Below, in pieces: positions 28,863 to 37,991 of a DNA stretch of 64,000 bases (positions are counted from its first letter, which is position 1; the number at the start of each line of letters is the position of its first letter). The translations under genes and the position numbers were made by a program. The notes under the pieces are model-generated. The model saw only the letters and a list, made by a program, of their open reading frames with translations, ran no database searches and was not told the origin of the DNA. The DNA comes from Candidatus Saccharimonadota bacterium (lineage in GTDB: Bacteria; Patescibacteriota; Saccharimonadia; Saccharimonadales; UBA10212): NCBI GenBank assembly GCA_016187125.1, contig JACPKF010000002.1, forward strand, positions 1,469-65,468. Direction: 5' to 3'.

Positions 28863-29198
28863 TTAAACTAGGCCTAACAGCTGTGCCAGCCTGCGCCTGA
28901 CTTCGGCCATTATTTTGGTGCTGACTTTGCCAACTGAGCGATCAATAATAAACGCCTCAACGGTGTAAATTTTATCTGGTCTAATGTAGCTATTAATCCG
29001 TAGGCCGCCTTCAATAAAATCTGTGTTGCGCAGTGTGATAGCACTTTGAGAAGCCAAGTCTTTGCTGGTTATTTGGCAAATGATATAGTTGTCAAAATCA
29101 GCCAGGCCAATTATTAAGGCCGGTCTTTTTTTGTATTTTAGGTAGTTGGAGTATGGAAACTCAACCGCTACGACATCGCCTACTGCAAGTACGCCCAT
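28863..29198 (-). CDS. type II toxin, MazF/PemK family
   Basis: Motifs GDVVAVEFPYS...KKRPALIIG...ICQITSK are typical PemK/MazF sequences. Confidence 0.75.
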   Translation of the reverse strand: MGVLAVGDVVAVEFPYSNYLKYKKRPALIIGLADFDNYIICQITSKDLASQSAITLRNTDFIEGGLRINSYIRPDKIYTVEAFIIDRSVGKVSTKIMAEVRRRLAQLLGLV

Positions 29199-29437
29199 GC
29201 CGCATCTTCTTCAGGTGTATCCCAGTCTTTAGCTAAGGCTGAGTAGCCAGGCCCGTAAGCCTTGATCATAGCCATTTTTTTAGCCTTGCTGGCAGGTCTT
29301 TTTTTTGCAGGCTCGATAAAAATCTTGCCATTTTTTAGCTTAAGCTCTAGCTCGGTACCCAGGCCAGCTTCTTCAATCAAGACTTTTGGTATGCGCACAC
29401 CTCGGGAGTTGCCAATTTTTATCAGACTTGCTTTCAT
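29180..29437 (-). CDS. type II antitoxin, AbrB/MazE/SpoVT family
   Basis: LIKIGNSRGVRIPKVLIEEAGL forms a looped-hinge-helix motif. It overlaps the MazF-like gene. Confidence 0.75.
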   Translation of the reverse strand: MKASLIKIGNSRGVRIPKVLIEEAGLGTELELKLKNGKIFIEPAKKRPASKAKKMAMIKAYGPGYSALAKDWDTPEEDAAWAYLQ

Positions 29438-29480
29438 AATTACATTGTATGTACATAGCCGATAGCTGTCAAGTGTTCTT

Positions 29481-29524
29481 TCAAGGACGGTTCTTGAAGA
29501 TCTTCTTTCAAGAACCGTCCTTGG
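29481..29524. repeat. hairpin made of two inverted copies of CAAGGACGGTTCTTG; a third copy lies at 28821..28837
   Basis: Read directly: tcaaggacggttcttga ... tcaagaaccgtccttgg. Together with the copy at 28821..28837 it brackets the MazEF cassette. Confidence 0.75.
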
Positions 29525-29557
29525 AAGTTTGGTAAATTTCTAATGCTTAATTATGGA

Positions 29558-32500
29558 CTAACGAGGTAAATTACCAGGGTCATTAGGCCCGCGAACTTCC
29601 GGAGGTGGTTCATTGCCTGGTATTGGTGGATTGGTTGGTGGTGTGGTATTGGCTCCTTGGCGTTTTCGTTGTTCGACGGCTTCGGCTCTATAAGCTCTCC
29701 TCGTCTCACGATTTATCAAGTCAGCCAACCTATCCTCGGCGGCAGGGTTGTTGTGCGAAATCCTCAGTTCACTTGTATCCACCGATCCCCCTCCGCCGCG
29801 CAGACTGCCTGTTGATACGGAACCCGTATTGTCAGATTGAGAGAGCGTTCTCACGCTAGACGCCGGAGCGGCGGTTTGGTTAACAACTGTCTGCTCGACC
29901 TTAGTTACTTGAGGAGCCGGAGTTGCAGCGAACAAGTTAGGATTTGCTGGTGGTGCGGCCGGCATTGGAATGAATTGTGCTGTGGGCGCTGCGTGAGCAG
30001 GTGCAGTCACAATCTCAGGTTGGTTAGATACCGGCTGAGCTTGAGGTGCTGGTGCTGTGGCGGCGGCTTGAGGAGCCCGAGTTGGTGTTGCAGTTGGAGC
30101 AGCTACAGCAATCGCCGCAACCTGCGTGCGAGGGCCGCTTGCTTGGCTAAGCGGAGTTGCTTCAAGTGCCTTCATTTCAGCCTCAAGGCTGTGTACATCA
30201 TCAGCAGAAACCAAGGCGCCGGGTTTAAGAGCATTCATTTCACCTTCCAGATGGAGTATTACATCAAAGGCTACCTCGCGTTCCGCCTCACTGGCCGCTT
30301 TAGCCGCCTTTTCAAAAGTACTACGGATTTGAGCGCCGGTGGCCTTAACCTTAGTTTCTACTTCTGGTCGCGAAGTTGAAGTTGCCTGCGGGGCTGGGGC
30401 TACTCCTTTAGCCGCTAAACTAGCCTCAGCACGTGCACCGCCTGCGGCCTGCATATGTCCAGGGCCAAGGTATTGATCTTCGGCTGCCGGACCAGGTCCG
30501 CCAGACAATGCCTCGCCGCCAGGGCGAGGATTAACTGGGGGGACACCGCCGCGACGTGCACCAATCCGCGCCTCAGCAGCCGCACCTCCCGAAGCCATAG
30601 CTGGACCGCCAATGTCGCGAAGGCTGAATCTTCTTATTTCTTCAGGGGTGAGTGGCGGATTAGGCGGGCCGGGTTTAAAATCATCCGGTAATGCATCGAA
30701 ATCAGCCGGAACTGCCGGCTTAACACCCTTAGGATCTTTTTTGCGATCCCAATAAGCTCTGACTGTCTCAATATCCGCTTGAGGATACCATTCCTGAAGC
30801 TGAGCCATATTTTCCATAATGAATAAATCTCTAAGCTCGTTCGGCCGTCCATCGTAACGATCAATGCCCATTAGATCTCTTAGCTCAATGGCCTTTCTTG
30901 AGGCTGCTGCATAGTATGGCCGATTCTCCGGAATTCTAAGCGCCTTGGGCACCATCTTTTCTAAAATATTCTTTGGATTCCAAGTATTTTCTAGTACTTT
31001 TTCATAGCCGCGGGCGGTGCTGGGCACACCCCGCCAGCTAGCTATTACCTGCGATGTAGAGGCATCGCGGTGTCCAATGTCTTTCACTGTTTCTTCCAAA
31101 AACTTTGTGCTTTCTCCCAAAGCCAAGCCGTAGTTTCCATCAGCATCCGGTATATTGTCATGGCCGATTAAGCCAATATCAACGTTCTCGATATCTTCCG
31201 CAGCTCTTTCAGCCATAGCATATACCGATCCTTCAGACATCGAAGCTTTAGCCGATGGAGGCGAGTGGTCTGTATCGGCATATTGGCCTATGTCACCTCT
31301 ACTATACTTCCCTTTACCAATGAGGGCATCGGGGTCATTAGTGGACTGGTAATGTCTTAGTGTTCCTGGAACCAGCATGGCGTCAAATTTTGAATGGACA
31401 TTGGCGTTGGCGTACCGGTCAAGCTGCTTTAGACGTTCATTCAATTCAGGTGTTGAGGCTGATTTCATGGTTAAACTAGGATCATTCGTTAAAGTTTCCA
31501 TATAAAACTCTTCACCGGGTTTCTTAATTTCATCAATTACTTTGCCAAATGGGGTATTATCGACCGGCTCCAGCGCCCATTCTCTGGTTTTTCTAAGGTA
31601 GTCGATTTTTTCCCTCATTCTCTTGGTCCTACCCCGGCGAGTCTTTTTGACTCCTCCCTGCCATAACTCAAACATTACCTGAATTTCTTCCATTTCTTTC
31701 TGTTCTTCAGGTGTCCTATCCCTGCCCTCAGTCTCGGGAATGGCATGTAGCTCCTCGAACTTATTCATGTCGTCAGCAGCTTCTTGAGTCGATTGCTTTG
31801 CATCATAAGGCCTTCGTTTTTTACCCGGGTGGCGTTTGTTCCACAAATGATTCAGTGCTCTAAACTCAAGGTCATCTGGATCAAGCTTGATGCCATCACC
31901 CATATGGATTCCTACCTCTGGGTGGGTTCCGGCGGCTAGAGCTGCTGCCTCACCAATGCGGTCATCTTTTTTCCTGTCAGCATTCAGCAGTGGCAAAGCG
32001 GCTGCGAAACCGGCGTCGTAACTCGGATTTTTTTCACCTTTAGGGAAAGCTTTGCGTTGCCATTTGCCGTCTTTTTTGAAGTATTTTAACGCCGGTATAC
32101 TACCAGCACGTGCAGCCTCTATAAGTCGGGAAAATCTGGTTTTTCCACCTTCATCAGTTGTACCTTTGTGTTGTTCAGACCGTCTGAGCATGCCCTCTAA
32201 TTGTCGGCGTGATTCCCACAGGGCACCGCCGCCAACGCCGACAATTTTTCTACCTTCCCAACCGAAAAGATTCCTGCGGCCGACTAATCTTCCTTCGGCA
32301 TCTCTCTCTCCCTTGGTCGTAGCAAATGCAAGCGGGTTGTATTTACGAGAACCTCTTTGCCACCACCTACCTTGTCCGTTCTTGCCCGTGCCGAATGTTT
32401 GGCGTTTTAGGTAGTCATCCTTCTCGTTATAATACCTGCCAAAGCGAAGAGCCGAGCGATCGCCAAACATATCTTTAATAAACTGGTTGCCCAGGCCTTT

Positions 32501-34666
32501 GCCTTGATTGAGTAGTTTATTCTCGCGGACAGCTTGGTTGACTCCTGCCAGAATTGAGCCGCCCCACTTAAAGGTTTTAGGCAAGAAGAAGAGCGGGCCA
32601 AAAAAAGCAATCAAAACCACCAGGTAGTCAATCGGTCCCGGCAAACCAATATTGCCCCCCAGCCAGGCGGCGATACGACCGGCGTAAATCATGGCTATTA
32701 CCAGCGGAAACAGTAGCAGCAGTTTTATAAAGTTGTCGGTGTATTTTTTCCAATATCCTTGAAAGGTTTGTCCCGGCAGCACCCAAAGCAGCAGTGCCAA
32801 AGGCGAAAATATGACAGCCATTATTATTAATATATTTCTGAAGACTAAAGTTACCAGCGCCACAAACAGCGCCGAGCCGACTGCCAGCGCAATAAACAGT
32901 ACAGCCGGCAAAATAAACGTCTTAAAGGTAAACAGCAAAGTTAACATCACACCCATGATCGCCCAATTAGCTACTGGTGGATATTCTGGATTCAAATGGT
33001 GCATTATGCTCGGTAAATCCAAATTACCACCACCGCCAAACGGTGCCAGCATAATTTGTTTAAGGCCTACGCCCAACTCATTAGCAAAGCCAATCATGTA
33101 CTTAGTCAGCACCCAAGAAAATTGCATGACAATTACCGCAATCACTAATTTAGGCAAGACTTTTTTGACCGTATAAGGATCAAAAGGCCCCTTGTCAATG
33201 GCTTGAGAAATAACCATCACCAGCATAATAATTACCAGCAGGGCGGCCACGATATTTTTAATGATGCTCCAGGCCCTATTAACTTGACAATCTTGATCGC
33301 TGCTGGACTTACTACAATCGGGCAGCATGCTGTCTACCCTAAAATGCAGCTGGTCTTCCACGTAACCATTAATCACATCTGCAAACTTGGACATTGAAGT
33401 CATCAGCGGGCAGGCAAGCCATTCGAAGCCGGTTTGACTATCAGCTGCGCAGGCCGAAGAATCCGGTCCTTCAGTGGTGTTTAAGCAAGCAGACAGATCC
33501 CCGCAGGCGCCAGGTACCTCCCCGGCTTGTAAGGCGGCATCTTGGGACGACGGGTTAGCCTGACCAGCCACCACTACCTCGAACGGATTGATTACAGCAT
33601 TGGGTTGGCCGGCGTCAAACTTACTTATAGTTACGTTTTGCTTACCAGCGCCAATGGCTTTAATATCCTGCTGTGAGCCATGCAGCCATAAATCCGAGCC
33701 ATTACAGGCTTTATTTAGATACTTATCACCGCACAAAGTGAAAGTCCTTGAATCTCGCATTTTTTCGGAAACGTGCTGGATAACCAGGTTATTAGTACCA
33801 GTGGAATCCGGCCCGACGGTATAAGTTATATTAAAGTTTTCTAAATCTTTAAAATTATCCAAGCCAATCTGAAAACCCTTGACCCCGCCCACGGGACTAT
33901 CACTAAAACCAAGTGCGCTATCATCCGATCCACTGTTATGGCACTCCCATTTTGGGGTACCGCCATCGGCCAAAGTGAAGTTTGAATCACTACCGTTACA
34001 GTCGTAGCTAATTATTGCACTGCTCGACTCAAAAGACAGGGTGATTTCCGCCTTTTGCAGGTATTGCTTCAGATCATTGATGTCAACTATTTTATCTCGT
34101 CCACCAGCACCATCTTCGGGAATACTAAGCCCAACCAACTGGTCAATTCTGGTATCATCGTCGGAGTCATCACCCGATGTGCGGTCACGGTATTGCCACT
34201 TGTTACCATCCGTGTTGTTTAGGTTGTCATTAGTTAAGAGTAGGATATTGTCTTGGCCGCTGATGTTTTTAAATATCTCGGCAAATGTAACGTTACCGAA
34301 AAAAGTAGCCGAATTTGTAGTAGCCGGAATTTGACAATTGCCCTTGGCATGGTACTCGATCTTAATTTCCGCCCTACTAACAAAACTAGCGCTCAGCCAA
34401 TCTTTAACCGCGTGATGGTTGTTATCAGTGCCGCCCTGATATTGCGGTACGCAAATCTCGTCACGATTTTTAATACTATCCGCTAGAGCTTTATGCGGCA
34501 AAGCCAAAAGCGGCAACAGGAACGCCAACGCGTAAAGCAGGATAAGACCTAGACCATTTTTTTTGAAGATTTTCATTTTAGGGGTACTGCTAGATCGTAA
34601 TATAGCATAAGCGTAAAGTGGTGTACAGATGTTTGTTGCCTTTTTGCCTGCCGCCCCATATTGCAT
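29558..34666 (-). CDS. giant VirB6/TrbL-like polytopic T4SS membrane protein (1702 aa in the ORF track)
   Basis: A signal peptide (MKIFKKNGLGLILLYALAFLLPLLALPHKALA) suggests the true start is the ATG at 34576. A Cys-containing extracytoplasmic domain of ~400 aa is followed by about 7 TM segments (aa ~470-700). The cytoplasmic tail of ~1000 aa is charged and Ala/Pro-rich. Confidence 0.65.
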   Translation of the reverse strand: MQYGAAGKKATNICTPLYAYAILRSSSTPKMKIFKKNGLGLILLYALAFLLPLLALPHKALADSIKNRDEICVPQYQGGTDNNHHAVKDWLSASFVSRAEIKIEYHAKGNCQIPATTNSATFFGNVTFAEIFKNISGQDNILLLTNDNLNNTDGNKWQYRDRTSGDDSDDDTRIDQLVGLSIPEDGAGGRDKIVDINDLKQYLQKAEITLSFESSSAIISYDCNGSDSNFTLADGGTPKWECHNSGSDDSALGFSDSPVGGVKGFQIGLDNFKDLENFNITYTVGPDSTGTNNLVIQHVSEKMRDSRTFTLCGDKYLNKACNGSDLWLHGSQQDIKAIGAGKQNVTISKFDAGQPNAVINPFEVVVAGQANPSSQDAALQAGEVPGACGDLSACLNTTEGPDSSACAADSQTGFEWLACPLMTSMSKFADVINGYVEDQLHFRVDSMLPDCSKSSSDQDCQVNRAWSIIKNIVAALLVIIMLVMVISQAIDKGPFDPYTVKKVLPKLVIAVIVMQFSWVLTKYMIGFANELGVGLKQIMLAPFGGGGNLDLPSIMHHLNPEYPPVANWAIMGVMLTLLFTFKTFILPAVLFIALAVGSALFVALVTLVFRNILIIMAVIFSPLALLLWVLPGQTFQGYWKKYTDNFIKLLLLFPLVIAMIYAGRIAAWLGGNIGLPGPIDYLVVLIAFFGPLFFLPKTFKWGGSILAGVNQAVRENKLLNQGKGLGNQFIKDMFGDRSALRFGRYYNEKDDYLKRQTFGTGKNGQGRWWQRGSRKYNPLAFATTKGERDAEGRLVGRRNLFGWEGRKIVGVGGGALWESRRQLEGMLRRSEQHKGTTDEGGKTRFSRLIEAARAGSIPALKYFKKDGKWQRKAFPKGEKNPSYDAGFAAALPLLNADRKKDDRIGEAAALAAGTHPEVGIHMGDGIKLDPDDLEFRALNHLWNKRHPGKKRRPYDAKQSTQEAADDMNKFEELHAIPETEGRDRTPEEQKEMEEIQVMFELWQGGVKKTRRGRTKRMREKIDYLRKTREWALEPVDNTPFGKVIDEIKKPGEEFYMETLTNDPSLTMKSASTPELNERLKQLDRYANANVHSKFDAMLVPGTLRHYQSTNDPDALIGKGKYSRGDIGQYADTDHSPPSAKASMSEGSVYAMAERAAEDIENVDIGLIGHDNIPDADGNYGLALGESTKFLEETVKDIGHRDASTSQVIASWRGVPSTARGYEKVLENTWNPKNILEKMVPKALRIPENRPYYAAASRKAIELRDLMGIDRYDGRPNELRDLFIMENMAQLQEWYPQADIETVRAYWDRKKDPKGVKPAVPADFDALPDDFKPGPPNPPLTPEEIRRFSLRDIGGPAMASGGAAAEARIGARRGGVPPVNPRPGGEALSGGPGPAAEDQYLGPGHMQAAGGARAEASLAAKGVAPAPQATSTSRPEVETKVKATGAQIRSTFEKAAKAASEAEREVAFDVILHLEGEMNALKPGALVSADDVHSLEAEMKALEATPLSQASGPRTQVAAIAVAAPTATPTRAPQAAATAPAPQAQPVSNQPEIVTAPAHAAPTAQFIPMPAAPPANPNLFAATPAPQVTKVEQTVVNQTAAPASSVRTLSQSDNTGSVSTGSLRGGGGSVDTSELRISHNNPAAEDRLADLINRETRRAYRAEAVEQRKRQGANTTPPTNPPIPGNEPPPEVRGPNDPGNLPR
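34599..34607 (-). promoter_or_regulatory. candidate extended -10 (TGcTATATT on the minus strand) for the VirB6-like gene
   Basis: Read by eye; located about 23 nt upstream of the ATG at 34576. Confidence 0.3.
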
Positions 34667-34704
34667 AACTAAGCCCCTTGGATCTCAATCCAACTAAGCG
34701 TAAA

Positions 34705-34740
34705 CATAACAAAATCCAGCGATCGCTGGATTTTGTTATG
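34705..34740. promoter_or_regulatory. perfect 36-bp palindrome in the divergent T4SS/pilin control region
   Basis: cataacaaaatccagcgatcgctggattttgttatg is its own exact reverse complement. It lies between two genes that diverge from it, so it is not a terminator. Confidence 0.6.
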
Positions 34741-34879
34741 GGTTCTGAAGATTGCTCCTTTTCACTCCATTAGAAGTTGGTTAATCCTATCGGAAGGCCA
34801 CGGGTTTAGAGCTTGAGTTTAGGAAATGACATTAGCTATTGTGGCGTCGGCTAAACGCTAACGGCTTTTAGCTAAATCG

Positions 34880-34888
34880 TGCTATAGT
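34880..34888 (+). promoter_or_regulatory. candidate extended -10 (TGcTATAGT) for the pilin operon
   Basis: Read by eye; located about 27 nt upstream of the ATG at 34915. Confidence 0.3.
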
Positions 34889-34914
34889 TGTAGATGTTAA
34901 GCATCTAAAAAGAC

Positions 34915-35496
34915 ATGCCAAAAACAAAATTGCATAATCTCACCATGGCTCTGGTCTCTGTCTTATTCTTTGCAATATTATTTTTAGCGCCAACTGCTCC
35001 AGCTCAAGCCGTCCAATGCACAGATACCACTTGTGACAGTAGTGGCAATCCCAACCCGCCAAGCTCGGGAACTTCTCAAGCCGCTAGTAATAGTGGACTC
35101 TGTGACCCCGCGAAAATCAAAGACTACCCGGTTCCTGATACGGAAAAAGATCGAATAACCAAAAGCTGTAACTGTGATGGTACCCCAAGCTTAACCACCG
35201 ATCAGATAAAGAGCTGTGAAGCCTGCGCAAAAGGCGCTGAAAGCTGCCTGAAAAATAATGGGATTATAAAAAAATTCATTCAGCCGATCGTGAATTTTTT
35301 GAGCGCCGTGGTGGCGGTAGTAATTGTCGGTTCGATTATGTTCGCCGGTATCCAATATGCCCTAGCCGGCGATAAGGCCGAGGCCGTCGGCGCCGCTAAA
35401 AAACGCATCGTTAGTAGTCTTTTTGCTTTTTTGGTCTTTTTGTTAACTTTTGCCTTTTTGCAATGGCTTATACCCGGAGGAGTTTTTAAGACGTGA
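34915..35496 (+). CDS. VirB2/TrbC-like T4SS pilin paralog 1 (Cys-rich N-domain)
   Basis: Signal peptide, then a Cys-rich ~90-aa region, then two C-terminal TM helices separated by a short loop (FAGIQYALAGDKAEAVGAAKKRIVSSL). Confidence 0.65.
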   Translation: MPKTKLHNLTMALVSVLFFAILFLAPTAPAQAVQCTDTTCDSSGNPNPPSSGTSQAASNSGLCDPAKIKDYPVPDTEKDRITKSCNCDGTPSLTTDQIKSCEACAKGAESCLKNNGIIKKFIQPIVNFLSAVVAVVIVGSIMFAGIQYALAGDKAEAVGAAKKRIVSSLFAFLVFLLTFAFLQWLIPGGVFKT

Positions 35497-35888
35497 CAGC
35501 GCTAGTTTTTGCTTTTGCTAAACTTGTCTCACCGGTCCTGGCGGTTTCCTGCGAGGCCAAAAAATTCTTTTTTTTCCCACCATGGTGGGAATACTTACAG
35601 ACCGGCGATGACGGCGTAGGCGGCTGCAGGCTTATCACCAATGGCTTTCAGTTTGGCGATGTTTTGGCCGTCGGCTTGGCGGTTTTGGACATCTTGCTTA
35701 GAATTGCTGGTTTTGTGGCGGTAATTTCTATAATTTGGGCCGGCGTAAATTATATAACCACCATGGGCAATCCCGAAAAGGCCGCTGCCGCCAGAAAAAG
35801 GATTTACAATTCTTTGATTGGTCTAGCCATTGTCTTTGTAGCCACGGCTCTAGTAACCTTCTTGGGTAATAGTTTAGCGAGCAAATAG
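35493..35888 (+). CDS. VirB2/TrbC-like T4SS pilin paralog 2
   Basis: GTG start overlaps the previous stop (GTGA). The two-TM core is AGVNYITTMGNPEKAAAARKRIYNSLIGLAIV. Confidence 0.65.
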   Translation: MTALVFAFAKLVSPVLAVSCEAKKFFFFPPWWEYLQTGDDGVGGCRLITNGFQFGDVLAVGLAVLDILLRIAGFVAVISIIWAGVNYITTMGNPEKAAAARKRIYNSLIGLAIVFVATALVTFLGNSLASK

Positions 35889-35889
35889 A

Positions 35890-36159
35890 ATGAATGTACT
35901 TGCACAATTGATCAGCGGTGATAACTTACCTAAAACTTCAGACCAAAGTCTAAAGACCGGCCTGACTATTACCTTTTCAGTTATCGGCGCTGTCGGTTTT
36001 TTGTTCTTGGTCATTGCTGGTGTGCGCTACGTTTTTGCCCGCGGTGATACCAACAAACTTGCCGAAGCTAAGAATATGATTCAACATATCATAATCGGCT
36101 TAATTATTGCCGCCTTGGCAGCCTCAATTGTCGCTGTTGTGGTCAGCAGGGTCCAATGA
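35890..36159 (+). CDS. VirB2/TrbC-like T4SS pilin paralog 3 (short, no Cys domain)
   Basis: The two-TM core is AGVRYVFARGDTNKLAEAKNMIQHIIIGLII. Confidence 0.6.
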   Translation: MNVLAQLISGDNLPKTSDQSLKTGLTITFSVIGAVGFLFLVIAGVRYVFARGDTNKLAEAKNMIQHIIIGLIIAALAASIVAVVVSRVQ

Positions 36160-36626
36160 AAAGCCTGACTACATTAAAAATATTTTTGATAAGCCTAGCC
36201 ATGCTTTTAGGCACGTGGGTATTTACGCCGCTGGCTTTAGCTCAAGGCTTTGATCCATTTTGCAGCAAAGTTGATCCCTCTACAGGAAAATGCACTGAAG
36301 GTGTCTGCGTCGGCGAAGCGGCTACCGGCCCGGTCTGTCAACAAAAAAAAGCTCAGCAAACAAAAAAGGATAACCCGGCTATAAGAGTTATCCACACCGC
36401 CACCAACATTTTAGCTCTGGTGGCTGGCGTAGGCGCCGTAATTATTATTATTTATAGCGGCTATGTGTTTGTAACGGCCGGCGGCGCCATAGGCGGCCAA
36501 CGTTCCGGCGATAATCCTACCAGGGCTCGCCAAGCTCGCTCAAGCTTGATCGGAGCTCTTATCGGCCTGATTATCGTGGCTCTTTCTTGGAGCATTATCA
36601 CCTTCTTTACAAATCGGTTACTATAG
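36156..36626 (+). CDS. VirB2/TrbC-like T4SS pilin paralog 4
   Basis: Signal peptide, Cys-containing region and two TM helices. Its start overlaps the previous stop (ATGA). Confidence 0.6.
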   Translation: MKSLTTLKIFLISLAMLLGTWVFTPLALAQGFDPFCSKVDPSTGKCTEGVCVGEAATGPVCQQKKAQQTKKDNPAIRVIHTATNILALVAGVGAVIIIIYSGYVFVTAGGAIGGQRSGDNPTRARQARSSLIGALIGLIIVALSWSIITFFTNRLL

Positions 36627-36630
36627 ACTT

Positions 36631-37077
36631 ATGACTGGCAAAATCAAAAAATTAATACTTCTGACGGTCTTAAGTCTTATCCCAATACTAATTCCCGCTT
36701 CGGCTTTGGCCGCTGTCGACTGCAGCCAGCCCAATTTATCCTCTAAACAGGCCATACAATGCGGCACTCAAGGAGCCAGCGGCAGCGACCAGGATCCCTC
36801 CGCTGCCGGAACCAACATTGATAATACTATCGCCAAATTTGTTAATGTCTTCTCGGTCATAATCGGCGTAATTGCCGTCGTCATGATTATTGTCGGTGGC
36901 TTCCGCTATATTACCAGTGCCGGTAACACCGAAAAGCTGACCCAGGCCAAAAACACTATTATGTATGCAATTATTGGCCTGGTGGTAGTAGCCTTAGCCC
37001 AAGCTATAAGTAGCTTTGTACTATCTAAAACGACCGATTGTGTAAAAGGCAAAACCAGCACCGGCCAAAAGTGCTAA
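36631..37077 (+). CDS. VirB2/TrbC-like T4SS pilin paralog 5
   Basis: GGFRYITSAGNTEKLTQAKNTIMYAIIGLVVVALAQ, a motif shared with paralogs 6 and 7. Confidence 0.7.
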   Translation: MTGKIKKLILLTVLSLIPILIPASALAAVDCSQPNLSSKQAIQCGTQGASGSDQDPSAAGTNIDNTIAKFVNVFSVIIGVIAVVMIIVGGFRYITSAGNTEKLTQAKNTIMYAIIGLVVVALAQAISSFVLSKTTDCVKGKTSTGQKC

Positions 37078-37087
37078 TTGCCATAAG

Positions 37088-37157
37088 CCCAGCACTTAGC
37101 TCCGCGTGCTTCGCAAGTATCTTCCAAAGGAAGATAGTCGCGGAGCTAAGTGCTGGG
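37088..37157. terminator. strong bidirectional hairpin (perfect 19-bp outer stem plus inner hairpin) between convergent genes
   Basis: cccagcacttagctccgcg ... cgcggagctaagtgctggg, with inner hairpin atcttcc-aaa-ggaagat. It lies between pilin 5 and the convergent GIY-YIG gene. Confidence 0.6.
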
Positions 37158-37167
37158 TAAGTAGGGT

Positions 37168-37422
37168 TCACCCCCTGGAATCAGACTTGAGGCGCTTATC
37201 AAGAAACATTTTCCCATAATGCGTCTTGAGATATTTTTCTCTTCGTAACGCATCTTTGTGAGTACGACAAGCTTCATAATAAATCAACTTAAGCGGTCGT
37301 CGATAAACTGTTGATGTCACGAGGCCCTTTTGGTGAGACTCAAGTCTGGCTTGTAAATCTGGAGTACAGCCTATGTAGTGTTTGCGGTCTTTAACACTGT
37401 ACAAAACATATGTGTAATACAT
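37168..37422 (-). CDS. GIY-YIG nuclease family protein
   Basis: YYTYVLYSVKDRKHYIGCTPDLQARLESHQKG...ALRREKYLK matches GIY-YIG/URI motifs. It lies antisense within the pilin array. Confidence 0.8.
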   Translation of the reverse strand: MYYTYVLYSVKDRKHYIGCTPDLQARLESHQKGLVTSTVYRRPLKLIYYEACRTHKDALRREKYLKTHYGKMFLDKRLKSDSRG

Positions 37423-37451
37423 AGCTTATATTTTACGAGCATTCCAGGGGG

Positions 37452-37479
37452 TTGACTAAACTATAACCACGTATATACT
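37452..37479 (+). promoter_or_regulatory. candidate sigma70-type promoter (TTGACT-N16-TATACT) for pilin paralogs 6-7
   Basis: Read by eye; located ~40 nt upstream of the ATG at 37518. Confidence 0.35.
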
Positions 37480-37517
37480 TATGCTTATAAAATGAAAATA
37501 ACAAAGGAAATCTAAAA

Positions 37518-37946
37518 ATGCTTCAAAAAATAAAAACTTTAATTATGTCTTTGTCGCTGCTCTTTGCTTTTGCTGCGCCTGTTTCTCTGCCGGTTGCTGT
37601 TTCGGCTGTATCACCCGATGTTCAAAAAAGTGTTTGTGAGGGCGCTAAAAAACTACAAATTTCCCCTGATAATCCCACTGGCGAACCATGTGCAGAAGAT
37701 ACAGATGGTGGTGGCACTACTAAAGTAAATCTTCTCTTGCAAAAAATCATCAATATTTTCTCAGTAATTGTCGGCGTAGTAGCCGTCGTCATGATCATCT
37801 GGGGCGGCTTCAAGTATATAACCAGCGGCGGTACCTCCGAGAAAGTGACTACTGCCAAAAACACCATTCTATACGCGCTTATTGGTCTGATCATTGTGGC
37901 CTTGGCTCAAATAATCGTCCGCTTCGTACTAGCAAAATCCACTTAA
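37518..37946 (+). CDS. VirB2/TrbC-like T4SS pilin paralog 6
   Basis: GGFKYITSGGTSEKVTTAKNTILYALIGLIIVALAQ, with a signal peptide and a Cys pair. Confidence 0.7.
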   Translation: MLQKIKTLIMSLSLLFAFAAPVSLPVAVSAVSPDVQKSVCEGAKKLQISPDNPTGEPCAEDTDGGGTTKVNLLLQKIINIFSVIVGVVAVVMIIWGGFKYITSGGTSEKVTTAKNTILYALIGLIIVALAQIIVRFVLAKST

Positions 37947-37991
37947 ACTTTCTATTCCCGCGTTGGCTTAGCCACTGCTATACTTACTAGC

